Positions 1 through 8,510 of a stretch of DNA of 64,000 nucleotides are shown in pieces (position 1 is the stretch's first letter; the number at the start of each line of letters is the position of its first letter). The notes beneath the pieces are model-generated. The model was not told the DNA's origin. It searched no databases and saw nothing but the letters and a program-made list of their open reading frames with translations. The translations under genes and the position numbers were made by a program. Source of the DNA: a virus (Duplodnaviria > Caudoviricetes); IMG/VR virus record IMGVR_UViG_3300037067_026010, positions 1 to 64,000 of that record; one strand, written 5' to 3'.

Positions 1-1020
1 GGCATCGCGCATTCGTGTCTCACTTTCCCCGACCAGCGAACCGAATACCGAACCAATATCCATCACATACCCCGGAAGGCCTAGTAGACGGGATACAGCT
101 TTAGCCACCATGCTCTTACCTGTCCCAGGAATCCCCAAAAGAACTACGCCTTTCGGATAATCGATACGTTCCGCTCGCGCTTCCTTGCCGTAAGCAAGCG
201 CCCTGCGCTCTATGAATTCGAGCAGCATCTCGAAGCCGCCGATTTCTGCCTTGGTCGCCATCTGCGACTCCGGGATGTACGTCAACACCTCGCTCTTTTT
301 GATGATGGACGCCTTCTCGTCCTTGAGCGTCTGAAGCAGGTCGTCGGTGAAGCAACGATGCCGCACGAGGCAGCGCGACAATGCGTTTTCGGCTTCGGAC
401 GAGGTAAGCCCGCGCAAGCATTGCACGATCTTGTCTTGCAACTCGGCCGGGCATTTCAGATTTTCAGCATTAGGGGATCCGGCGGCCGCATTCAGTACAA
501 AATTAAAAGTGTCCTGGAGTTGTACTTCGGTCGGCAGCGCAAATTCCAGCGGTGTAATGCAACTTTTGAGCTTCTCGTGGATTTTGCTCTGCGCACTGAT
601 GATGATCAGCGGCCGTTTTTGGTACGCATTAACCAGTTGGTTTGCCTCGACGAGAGACTTCACCGCGCGCCTCACTATTGGATCGCCGAAGAAATCGTCG
701 AGATCCCGGAAAATACACAAAGCGTCCCCGGTGAACAGATCCTTTTCCGGCAACACTTTGAGGGCTTCGGCCGGATGGCGATATTTTGTCACACCCTGCC
801 CGCGCGGTGCCTCTGCAGCGCCGTGCTGTATAAAGCCGTTAAAGTGGTCCCAGGTGATTACCTTTAATTTTAAGGCTTTGGCCACGTGCACGAGTTCGAC
901 TTCGCACCGCATTTCTTCGCTGGTCGTGATGTACAGGCATTGGTAGCCCGCGTCGAGATGTTCTTGGAATAAGTTGCTAAAAGCGCTCGGAGCAGCGCCA
1001 GTCTTGGGAATATTAACCAT
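1..1020 (-). CDS. Ycf46-like AAA+ ATPase (3' end runs off the window)
   Basis: Absent from the ORF track because it has no stop in the window. Read manually from ATG 1020: MVNIPKTG...LYITTSEEMR...LRGLTSSEAEN...EKASIIKKSEVLTY...IGGFEML...PKGVVLLGIPGTGKSMVAKAV (Walker A)...DIGSVFGSLVGESETRMRDA. This is the typical Ycf46-family layout. Confidence 0.85.
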   Translation of the reverse strand, partial: MVNIPKTGAAPSAFSNLFQEHLDAGYQCLYITTSEEMRCEVELVHVAKALKLKVITWDHFNGFIQHGAAEAPRGQGVTKYRHPAEALKVLPEKDLFTGDALCIFRDLDDFFGDPIVRRAVKSLVEANQLVNAYQKRPLIIISAQSKIHEKLKSCITPLEFALPTEVQLQDTFNFVLNAAAGSPNAENLKCPAELQDKIVQCLRGLTSSEAENALSRCLVRHRCFTDDLLQTLKDEKASIIKKSEVLTYIPESQMATKAEIGGFEMLLEFIERRALAYGKEARAERIDYPKGVVLLGIPGTGKSMVAKAVSRLLGLPGYVMDIGSVFGSLVGESETRMRDA

Positions 1021-1056
1021 AGCAATAAGTGGAAGATTAAGACGTCAACGGATAGA

Positions 1057-1737
1057 TTAAGACCGTGTAAGCAGTTTATGCACGATGTCCTTTGCCTGGC
1101 CTGAGGCCAGCGTGAGGCCATCCAACTGCTGAGAGAGCTCCGCCAAATTATCGCGGACGTATTGGTTGATTTGCTCGCGCTTGCTTTGTTCGAATTTGTA
1201 AACGGCATCGAACATTTCCGGGTCATCGGCGAAGTCGTCGCGAACCTTGGCTGCAAGGTCCTGTTCGCGAACCGCGATGCGCAAAACATCCGGCGGCTGA
1301 ATAATGCCTTCTTGGTCGAGCACCGTGCCGATATAGGACGTAATGTCCGGCACGAACGGATCGTCTTCGTCAGGTGGTTCGATCAGCAAGGCTTCCGTAA
1401 TGCCCCAAGCTATATCCTGGGCGTCTGCTGGTTCCCAGGTTTTAGGATCAAAGCAATCTCCGTTAAGAATATTGCAGAAATTGACGAAATCCGGCAAAGA
1501 TTTGTAAAAAGCATCCGTTACTACCAGATTGATAGCCGTCAACAGCCGGTCCTGATTCGCCGGGGGTAGCTCCACGTCGAAATCATCCTGAATTTCGAGC
1601 AGTATCGTTGCCGGGTCCCACTGCAACGCTTCGGTGCCGTAGGCGTCTATAAACAACAGCAACAGCGTCGTTGCAAAACTATTTTCACCGGTCCAATGCT
1701 TGCGCAGTTGTTGTTTACGGTTGTTCGACTGTGGCAT
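1057..1737 (-). CDS. hypothetical protein (acidic, helical, 226 aa)
   Basis: ORF track; protein-like composition; co-oriented and tightly packed. Confidence 0.8.
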   Translation of the reverse strand: MPQSNNRKQQLRKHWTGENSFATTLLLLFIDAYGTEALQWDPATILLEIQDDFDVELPPANQDRLLTAINLVVTDAFYKSLPDFVNFCNILNGDCFDPKTWEPADAQDIAWGITEALLIEPPDEDDPFVPDITSYIGTVLDQEGIIQPPDVLRIAVREQDLAAKVRDDFADDPEMFDAVYKFEQSKREQINQYVRDNLAELSQQLDGLTLASGQAKDIVHKLLTRS

Positions 1738-2212
1738 CGGCAGAGACCTCCGAGGATTGCATAACGCGCTGGCATACGGCGGCGTTGCGACGAAACAGCT
1801 CCGTCAGGTTGCAGCCCAGGCTCTCCAGGACGGGCTGCGGCAAGCGAGCGATGTACTCACCTGTCTCTAAGTCCAAAAACTCGGCACTGCCAGTCCATGT
1901 CGCGTACTTCCCGTCCGCCAGGACCAATTGTAAATTCGGATACTCCGTTACACCCGGGCCGAACGGCGCGGCATCGGCTGGCATTTGCGAGAACACGCCG
2001 GCACGGCGCATTTCGTCCAAAATAATGTGGCGCTGGTCCTCTTGTAAACAGCCGATTCCGTTTAAGTGCACGGCTGTCCAAAGCAAGAAACATTCGGCGG
2101 CAGTGTAATCGTCATCGCGGTCCGCACGTTGCAACGTACGCAGCAGAAAAGCCCGCAGGGCGAGCGGGCTTAACTTCGTGCGGTGAAACAGGACGCGTTG
2201 CGGTAATCTCAT
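1715..2212 (-). CDS. hypothetical protein (165 aa)
   Basis: Start moved to ATG 2212, which forms an ATGA overlap with the upstream stop. Confidence 0.7.
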   Translation of the reverse strand: MRLPQRVLFHRTKLSPLALRAFLLRTLQRADRDDDYTAAECFLLWTAVHLNGIGCLQEDQRHIILDEMRRAGVFSQMPADAAPFGPGVTEYPNLQLVLADGKYATWTGSAEFLDLETGEYIARLPQPVLESLGCNLTELFRRNAAVCQRVMQSSEVSADATVEQP

Positions 2213-2475
2213 AGACCGGACGATACGTGGTAATCGCAACGGTAACCGGCGACCGGGCGTTTGCCCTGCATGACCTCGTCGTCGCTGTTGCCGTCTGCGT
2301 CCACCGGATAGGTCGTGTCGTTTCCCGACAACCCAGGCCGGCTGAGGCCCAGACTAGCGGCTTCCTGAAGGACCAAATTGCGTGCGGCGAGTCCTTTGAC
2401 TTCTTCTTGGCCGTCGGCTTGAGCTACGATAACGGCCTGCTGGCCTTGGAGTGTTTTGGAAACGATATGAACCAT
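2209..2475 (-). CDS. hypothetical protein (88 aa)
   Basis: AGGAG Shine-Dalgarno (SD) upstream; translationally coupled to the next gene. Confidence 0.75.
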   Translation of the reverse strand: MVHIVSKTLQGQQAVIVAQADGQEEVKGLAARNLVLQEAASLGLSRPGLSGNDTTYPVDADGNSDDEVMQGKRPVAGYRCDYHVSSGL

Positions 2476-2552
2476 CGGTAATGCTCCTGATTAGAGGATT
2501 TAGTGGTGATTGTGTTCATCATAGACTTATGGCGCAAATGGGGCAATCCGAG

Positions 2553-3065
2553 CTACCGCTTAGGCTTGGTTTTACGCTTCTTCGGCGATACTTCGGGGGC
2601 TGTGGGCGCGGCCGTTACCTCACTGGATTCTTGCAAATCCTCGGGGAAACAGCGCCGCCACGCGGCCTTTGCCAAAAGGTATTCGGCAATCGCTTCACGA
2701 CGTTGGCGTAGATGGTCCCGCAACAGCGCCAAATACTGGTCGTCAAAAATTCGGCAGACCTCGTCGGCAAGGCTACTCCGCCAGTCGTCATCGTGGACGC
2801 CTCCTTTAAGTATTTGCAGGATTTGTCCTTGCAGTCCGGCATCTTCATCGCAAAATTTCTCGAAAATCTCCGGTTCCAGCCAACAGTGTGGTCGACCAAG
2901 CGGACCACTATCCATGAAATGCACCGGCTCCCGCGGCTCTACGCCCTCCGCGGTCCGCACCCCGCGACGCAGGCTGTCCAAGCGCCCGCCCCAGGCAAAA
3001 ATGTCGTCATTCGGGGCCGGCAAAATAAAGGCTGGTTTTACCCGTGTCGTGGTCGGTTTTGTCAT
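2553..3065 (-). CDS. hypothetical protein with basic C-terminal tail (170 aa)
   Basis: Likely start MTKPTTTRVK after an AT-rich stretch; ends KKRKTKPKR. Confidence 0.65.
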   Translation of the reverse strand: MTKPTTTRVKPAFILPAPNDDIFAWGGRLDSLRRGVRTAEGVEPREPVHFMDSGPLGRPHCWLEPEIFEKFCDEDAGLQGQILQILKGGVHDDDWRSSLADEVCRIFDDQYLALLRDHLRQRREAIAEYLLAKAAWRRCFPEDLQESSEVTAAPTAPEVSPKKRKTKPKR

Positions 3066-3211
3066 AATAGTTAAGAAAAAATAAAAATTATTTTCTTGCC
3101 CCTTCGCGGCGGTCACGCATTCGGCGCGTATTCGGCCGAAGCACAACGCGGTCGGCCGTGAGTCTTTGCGTAAGGTTAGCAAAAAACTCACGGCGCGGCC
3201 GCGACGCCCTT

Positions 3212-3409
3212 TTAGGCGTAGATGTCCAAACAACGCCCTGTCGGACGAATCTCAATACGTCCGTCGGAAAACGATGAGTATTCGAAGGCTGGGATGTCCT
3301 TCAAATCGACCGCCGTTTCCACGGGTTTCCGATTGTTCGTCAAAACCGGGCTGGTGCGTACATTTTGGGTCCTTGGTAAACTTGCGTGTAGAGAGATAGC
3401 ACTTAACAT
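3212..3409 (-). CDS. small hypothetical protein (65 aa) behind a long structured leader
   Basis: GAAAGGA SD upstream of ATG 3409; MLSAISLHAS...GRCLDIYA. Confidence 0.5.
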   Translation of the reverse strand: MLSAISLHASLPRTQNVRTSPVLTNNRKPVETAVDLKDIPAFEYSSFSDGRIEIRPTGRCLDIYA

Positions 3410-3715
3410 ACCTGCGATTCCTTTCAACAAGACAGGTAGAGGGGGTAAGGTGAACACGGCGCGGCGCCGGACGCGATGTTGTAAGTGCTAACCCTACAAC
3501 ATCGGCCGACGGCGCGCCGTAATCACCAATCCCTACGCCGGAGCAGCCGCTTGTTTACAGCAACTGCTCCGGCGCCCACTCTAGGAAAACACAAACGGGC
3601 GGTACATTACAACCGCCCGTAAGGGTTGCCGAGCCAATAGGCGCCGGCAACAAACCCAGAATTTCCCCTAAGCTAAAGAAACCATTCCAGCCTTGGAACG
3701 ATTAACTGACCAGCA
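3410..3715 (-). ncRNA. candidate structured ncRNA or 5' leader (multi-stem)
   Basis: Consecutive and nested stems: CGCCGGAGCAG/CTGCTCCGGCG, ACGGGCGGT/ACCGCCCGT, GTTGCCG/CGGCAAC, CGATGTTGTA/TACAACATCG inside ACGGCGCG/CGCGCCGT. No good ORF; lies just downstream of a promoter-like motif. Confidence 0.45.
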
Positions 3716-3722
3716 TCAATCT

Positions 3723-3750
3723 AATATGCCATATTTATGCAGAATATTTA
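3723..3750 (-). promoter_or_regulatory. putative phage promoter TAAA-N16-GGCATATT (copy 1)
   Basis: Minus strand cTAAA-TATTCTGCATAAATAT-GGCATATTag, about 25 nt downstream of an intrinsic terminator. Confidence 0.65.
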
Positions 3751-3776
3751 GTACACGGATGGGTGCTTATCTAACG

Positions 3777-3816
3777 AAAAAAGCCCAATAACCCGTAAGG
3801 TACGGATCATTGGGCT
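3777..3816 (-). terminator. intrinsic terminator
   Basis: AGCCCAATGATCCGTA-cct-TACGGGTTATTGGGCT followed by a T-run on the minus strand. Confidence 0.75.
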
Positions 3817-3928
3817 AAGTACCGTAGCACCTGGTCCAGCCGGACGATGATTCAATTTGGTAGACTCCGTCATCATCCGGCCAGAGTCGCGGAGGACACG
3901 GCTACTATCTGGTAATTAAACACCGCCA
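3777..3928 (-). ncRNA. candidate small RNA (~150 nt)
   Basis: Bounded by promoter copy 2 and the terminator; rod-like stem CTGGCCGGATGATGA/TCATCGTCCGGCTGG extended by GTAGC/GCTAC; no SD-led ORF. Confidence 0.5.
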
Positions 3929-3934
3929 CAACCT

Positions 3935-3962
3935 AATATGCCAGTTTTTCTCAGATTATTTA
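3935..3962 (-). promoter_or_regulatory. putative phage promoter TAAA-N16-GGCATATT (copy 2)
   Basis: Minus strand gTAAA-TAATCTGAGAAAAACT-GGCATATTag; the TAAA box overlaps the upstream stop codon. Confidence 0.65.
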
Positions 3963-4121
3963 CGGCCTGCGCACCAGCCAGCCAAGCAGCCAGTCGACCG
4001 GTAAAAAGAGTTTTTCCAGCCAGCCCGGAATGGCGGCAGTAGGCTTCAACGTAAAATAGATGCCGCAGCCGATATACGCTACGGTATACAGCCCAACGAC
4101 ACCGCAGATGGACCATAGCAT
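3960..4121 (-). CDS. small membrane protein (53 aa, below the ORF-track cutoff)
   Basis: AAAGGAAG SD; MLWSICGVVGLYTVAYIGCGIYFTLKPTAAIPGWLEKLFLPVDWLLGWLVRRP*; N-terminal hydrophobic helix. Confidence 0.65.
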   Translation of the reverse strand: MLWSICGVVGLYTVAYIGCGIYFTLKPTAAIPGWLEKLFLPVDWLLGWLVRRP

Positions 4122-4135
4122 GGCGATCTTCCTTT

Positions 4136-4453
4136 TCAAAAAGTGATACGCACCATACCGCCATGATTATTAGGGCGGATGACGCGCATCTGTTTGGCCT
4201 GTGCGAGCTGTTTTAATTCTGCGCGTTTAACTGCCGGCAAGGCAACGATGCACTGGCGGACTTGACTGAGCAACATCGTAGTGTTCGCCGTACTGCGCTT
4301 CCGGCGACATCCGCTACAACCGTGCTGCACCGTCTGTAGGTTATTCAACAACTGTTGGCCGTTTGCAAAACAGGGAATGGCGGCTCTGTATCGAAGATCG
4401 CGCAGCATATTTAACAGCACCGCGTCGTCAAGAACCAGAAGTTCGTGTGCCAT
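4136..4453 (-). CDS. hypothetical GCxxC protein (paralogue of 4922-5263)
   Basis: MAHELLVLD...PCFA...GCSGC. Confidence 0.75.
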   Translation of the reverse strand: MAHELLVLDDAVLLNMLRDLRYRAAIPCFANGQQLLNNLQTVQHGCSGCRRKRSTANTTMLLSQVRQCIVALPAVKRAELKQLAQAKQMRVIRPNNHGGMVRITF

Positions 4454-4912
4454 TTATAATACCTCAGACGACGATTCTTCTTCCATTTCGGAAGACTCTT
4501 CCTCAATTGTACCGATAATCTCCGTGCCGCCGGTAACCAAGGCGTCCATAATATCCAACGTGGCTTTAAGCCGACGCACATCCTCGTAAACGCCTGCAAC
4601 AAAATCTTGGGCCTCGGCCACGGACCGCAATAGCACGTCCACATAGGCCAGGCGGAACCATTCCGGGCGCCGCGTGGTAACCGGGCCGTCCTCGGGGTAG
4701 TCCACGAGATCCGGAGGCGAACAGATGTGGCTAAAGTATCCCGTATCCTGCCCGCTTGCCGGGTCTCTGGGCAACATGCGATAGGCAAAGACCTTGAGTG
4801 GCATATTCTGGGCGGCGACCGCGTCGATGCGCACACGTACGCCGTCGTGGCGTCCGTACACATAATGACTGCAGGTCCATGTCAATTGGATTCCCCGCGT
4901 TAAAACGGCCAT
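4454..4912 (-). CDS. hypothetical protein with acidic Ser-rich C-terminus (152 aa)
   Basis: AGGA SD; abuts its neighbours. Confidence 0.75.
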   Translation of the reverse strand: MAVLTRGIQLTWTCSHYVYGRHDGVRVRIDAVAAQNMPLKVFAYRMLPRDPASGQDTGYFSHICSPPDLVDYPEDGPVTTRRPEWFRLAYVDVLLRSVAEAQDFVAGVYEDVRRLKATLDIMDALVTGGTEIIGTIEEESSEMEEESSSEVL

Positions 4913-4921
4913 CCTGTGTCC

Positions 4922-5263
4922 TCAGAATTGAAATTTGACGGGTGGATGCTCCAGATACGGACGATAGTATAGCACAACGGGACGGCACGGGCGACCTTTT
5001 TTTAGCTCTAAGAAGGTTCGTAGACGCTCTACAGCTTCCGGATATCGCACACGATACTGCTGCAGCAGTTCCACGAACGCAGAAATCCTTGGATAAAGCT
5101 GCAGCCAGCGGCCATGTGCACAACGAAGGCAGCCGGTCGCCGGCGGCGACGCCGGCACAATATTTTGAATTGCCGCAAAGTCCGGGCAATGCTCATAAAA
5201 GTCTTGAGTCTGCACCAGCCATACTAACTGTGTTCTGTCCAAGACCAACAATTGCGATGTCAT
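4922..5263 (-). CDS. hypothetical GCxxC protein (paralogue of 4136-4453)
   Basis: MTSQLLVLD...PDFA...GCLRC; ATGA overlap with the upstream gene. Confidence 0.75.
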   Translation of the reverse strand: MTSQLLVLDRTQLVWLVQTQDFYEHCPDFAAIQNIVPASPPATGCLRCAHGRWLQLYPRISAFVELLQQYRVRYPEAVERLRTFLELKKGRPCRPVVLYYRPYLEHPPVKFQF

Positions 5264-6462
5264 CTTAAAACGACAGGTATGACCGGCTGCGCCAGGCGCA
5301 AGACCGTCGGCTGACGGGCCGGCGCCATCACGGCCGGGTTGGGTCGGCAGGCCACCGGCCCCTGGTGTCGCGGCCCCGTCAGCGATGCGCCTGTCTGAGT
5401 CCGCGGTATTGCAGCCGGAGCCGGCAAAGGAGCTTGGTCGGCTAAACTGCTAATACGGCGTATCGCCTCGGCCGCCGGGACCGGACTTTGCGAGATGGGC
5501 GGCAAACTTTTATCTTCGTAATACGACATGACAGCCTCCATGACGTGGTCCACGGTAATTGCATCTAAACACTGCGGCACAGGTTGCTCGGGATACATTA
5601 CAGGTCTAAAACACAGGGATTTATCCTGGTCTATTTCCACGACCTTGTTGCGCCAGCAACCGGTGTACGGGCAGCAGTCGAACATGCCTATCGTATGCAG
5701 GTAGCGATGCGGCATGGGGAGCGTTTGTGCCAGCTCAGCCCCGCCTAGTCCGATATTTTGCCGGACATAAGCCTCCCACCACCAGGCTTCGCGTCCTCCC
5801 GCCAAAACTATGCAGGGCCGGTGCAATGCGGCTGCGGCGTGCATGAAAAACGTCACGGGGCAAATGACGCCGTCGGCCTGGGCAATGATGCGCAGCGCAT
5901 CGCGCAAGCCGGTCTGCCCGCAGAGGTTGAGTACGCCGGTCAGAGGCATATGCCAGTGACCCGGTTTATTGCCGCCGTCCTGGACGACGCCGAGGCCACA
6001 CTGTCGCAAACAGTTGACAACCTGTTGCATTTTCCGGCAGTCCCAGACTTTGGCGGTCAGGTCGCTTTTGCCTCCGTTGATTATGAGCCAGTACCTACCT
6101 TCGACGATGCGATTATTCAATTCGTCGTCGGTAAGATGCAGGTCGGGATAAGGCCGGCAGAGCGGCACCGCAATATTCGTCTGCTTTTCAAAATCGCGGT
6201 GGAAATATGACAGAAAATGCACCGTCTCCCGCACCTGGTCGATCAAACCCTGGCCGTACGAGATATTGATATGTTCGACGTCACGGCGGTAGACGCCCCG
6301 CAAAGGCGTAATGTACGGATTGTGTTCCCAGAGCTCCGGCGAAAAGCAATTGACGTCGATGGCAAATTGCCCCGGATAGGTCAAAGCAATATCGCGCACC
6401 AGAGCTGTCAGCACCGTAAGGTCACCCGGCGCACGGCGATGGGTCAGTATGATCTTGCGCAT
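5260..6462 (-). CDS. glycosyltransferase, GT9 (heptosyltransferase-like) family
   Basis: N-terminal RRAPGDLTVLTALVRDI; LNLCGQTGLRDALRIIAQADGVICPVTFFMHAAAALHRPCIVLAG matches the GT9 C-terminal motif; Pro-rich tail. Confidence 0.8.
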   Translation of the reverse strand: MRKIILTHRRAPGDLTVLTALVRDIALTYPGQFAIDVNCFSPELWEHNPYITPLRGVYRRDVEHINISYGQGLIDQVRETVHFLSYFHRDFEKQTNIAVPLCRPYPDLHLTDDELNNRIVEGRYWLIINGGKSDLTAKVWDCRKMQQVVNCLRQCGLGVVQDGGNKPGHWHMPLTGVLNLCGQTGLRDALRIIAQADGVICPVTFFMHAAAALHRPCIVLAGGREAWWWEAYVRQNIGLGGAELAQTLPMPHRYLHTIGMFDCCPYTGCWRNKVVEIDQDKSLCFRPVMYPEQPVPQCLDAITVDHVMEAVMSYYEDKSLPPISQSPVPAAEAIRRISSLADQAPLPAPAAIPRTQTGASLTGPRHQGPVACRPNPAVMAPARQPTVLRLAQPVIPVVLR

Positions 6463-7630
6463 TGGTAGTGTCGATGGGGTACGGGCCGAGCCAGTTCAAG
6501 GAGGTACGTTGCCGTTCCGCGTACCAGCCGTTGCCGGCCTGGACGTCCCGGAGCATGTCAAAAAATTCCTGATACATATAACGTACGTTCCACATGGAGT
6601 AGCGATCTACCGCCCGCTTGCGAATATAGCACGGATCGAGATCTCTAACATGGTCCGCGGCCCATAGAAATTGCTCCATGGTTCGGCAGCGAAATCCGGT
6701 ACGGCCATGTTCGACGGTTTCGGTGAAGGCACCCCAATCCGTGGTTAATACGGGCGTGCCGACGCATTGGGCTTCGACGGCTACTCCGCCGAACGGCTCT
6801 ATGTACAACGTGGGCACCAATACTGCCTGCGCACGGCCCATGATTTCGGCGCGGCGCTGTACGTCGAGAAAGCCGACATACTCTAAGCCCGGGGCACGCA
6901 TCTCTGTGCCGTCCATGCAGACGAGCCAGCCCGGCCCGTGGGCCCGGCAGCCTTGTCCGCCGACTAAAAGCCGTTTTTTAGCCCGTTTGGCGATGTCGGC
7001 CGCGACTGCCACGCCTTTGCGCTGGATCAATCGCCCCACGTAGAGCAAGTAATCTTCTTTCTCGGCACGGAGCGGCCACATATCGGGATCAAAATAATTA
7101 GGAATGACCGTTTCGTACCAAGCCCCGTCTGCGGCCAATCCGCGCGTGCCCATCATAAAATGCAACAACGCGTAACTCTCGTAGGCGCGAAACGGCGCAA
7201 GTACCCCCGTATAACCTATGCCGTATTCGACCGGCGTTAGCTTATTCTGTAAAAGCTCCAAGAGCGTTTTATGCGGTGTGCCGGTAATGAGACACAGAAA
7301 ATCGTGTTTCCTGGCGCGTTTGGCAATTTCAAAAGCGACGCGGATGTTCAGCAATTGCCAGTGGGGTTTGTCCCAAGACCAGTCAGGATTGTAGAGTTCG
7401 CGCGTCGTGTCCTGCACACCGAGAAGTTGTCGTTGTTCCTCTGCGGAAATGAGCTGCACATGTTCGGCGTTTTCCACCGTACTGCCTTCGGTACCGTAAT
7501 GAATTACTTCATGGCCCAGGCTGGTCATCATGCGCACAAAATTAAAAACCTTCATCGTGTAAGCGCAGCCGCAGTGTGCTAAACAAGTCTGCGTATGCGG
7601 CAAACCGACTACATGAAAACGGAAAGTCAT
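6422..7630 (-). CDS. glycosyltransferase, GT4 (GT-B) family
   Basis: LYVGRLIQRKG; EPFGGVAVEAQCVGTPVLTTDWGAFTETVEHGRTGF (E-x7-E motif). Confidence 0.9.
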   Translation of the reverse strand: MTFRFHVVGLPHTQTCLAHCGCAYTMKVFNFVRMMTSLGHEVIHYGTEGSTVENAEHVQLISAEEQRQLLGVQDTTRELYNPDWSWDKPHWQLLNIRVAFEIAKRARKHDFLCLITGTPHKTLLELLQNKLTPVEYGIGYTGVLAPFRAYESYALLHFMMGTRGLAADGAWYETVIPNYFDPDMWPLRAEKEDYLLYVGRLIQRKGVAVAADIAKRAKKRLLVGGQGCRAHGPGWLVCMDGTEMRAPGLEYVGFLDVQRRAEIMGRAQAVLVPTLYIEPFGGVAVEAQCVGTPVLTTDWGAFTETVEHGRTGFRCRTMEQFLWAADHVRDLDPCYIRKRAVDRYSMWNVRYMYQEFFDMLRDVQAGNGWYAERQRTSLNWLGPYPIDTTNAQDHTDPSPCAG

Positions 7631-7694
7631 AATAGCACCATTGCGGAATTTCGATCAGCATAGCCGGACCTTTATTCGCCAGCAAGCCCCAAAT

Positions 7695-8507
7695 CTACGC
7701 AGTGCAGCCCGTCAAGCCGATAATAACATTACCGGTCGTTTCCGCGCACGTCACCGGGTTGACCGTGCTGTATACGATATTATTGCCCGATACGCTGATC
7801 GATGTTACAAAGGCGTGATCGCCGCAAGACATTCCGGCACCGGTTGGGCCTGTTGGGCCTGTTGCCCCTGTTGCCCCTGTTGCGCCTGCAGGACCTTGTG
7901 GCCCGGTTGCCCCCACGGCGCCATCTGCGCCAGCCGGACCTTGCGGTCCAGTCGCTCCCACAGCGCCATCTGCACCGGCTGGGCCAGTTGGACCGGTTGC
8001 ACCTGGTGCCCCTGGGGAACCGGCTGGGCCGGTTGCCCCCACGGCGCCATCTGCGCCAGCCGGACCTTGCGGTCCAGTCGCTCCCACAGCGCCATCTGCA
8101 CCGGCTGGGCCCGTCGGGCCGGTAGGGCCGACAGGTCCAGTAGGGCCTGTAGGACCTGTCGGGCCGGTAGCACCCATGCTTGCCGGCAAGATTAAGGTGA
8201 GAGCCGCATCCACCGTTTTCCCCGGATCAAATGCTCCGGTGGGTCCGCTAAAACCGGGGGTACCCGGCGTTACCGTAAAAATTAGCGTGCCGGAAGCAGG
8301 CGACCCCTCTGTTATGGTCACTGCTCCGCTAAATGCCAGATAGGGATCAATCGGCAGAGGATCTTCGCGCCAAGGTATTGAGATATCCGGGCAGTCGAAA
8401 ATAGGGGGTGGCGCGGGCAATACGCTACAATCGTCCACGAAATCAAAATCTTTCGCGGGTACGTAAAGGTCACAGCGCGCCGGATCAAATAAATTCGGCC
8501 AAGCCAC
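7695..8507 (-). CDS. collagen-like (Gly-X-Y) fibre protein
   Basis: About 110 aa of continuous [15 protein letters not shown] triplets between Cys-containing N- and C-terminal domains. Confidence 0.85.
   Translation of the reverse strand: MAWPNLFDPARCDLYVPAKDFDFVDDCSVLPAPPPIFDCPDISIPWREDPLPIDPYLAFSGAVTITEGSPASGTLIFTVTPGTPGFSGPTGAFDPGKTVDAALTLILPASMGATGPTGPTGPTGPVGPTGPTGPAGADGAVGATGPQGPAGADGAVGATGPAGSPGAPGATGPTGPAGADGAVGATGPQGPAGADGAVGATGPQGPAGATGATGATGPTGPTGAGMSCGDHAFVTSISVSGNNIVYSTVNPVTCAETTGNVIIGLTGCTA
7903..8111. repeat. 83-bp exact direct repeat (7903-7985 and 8029-8111) within the collagen region
   Basis: Identical ccggttgcccccacggcg...caccggctgggcc, period 126 bp (in frame). Confidence 0.85.
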
Positions 8508-8510
8508 CGG

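Noticed and set aside
3070-3930. Possible CRISPR array, tRNA or tmRNA
   Set aside because: The hairpins differ in sequence (no repeat-spacer periodicity), and no cloverleaf, T-loop/CCA pattern or tag reading frame was recognised
3916-4164. 82-aa ORF from the track
   Set aside because: It overlaps a better SD-led 53-aa membrane ORF in another frame and runs across promoter copy 2
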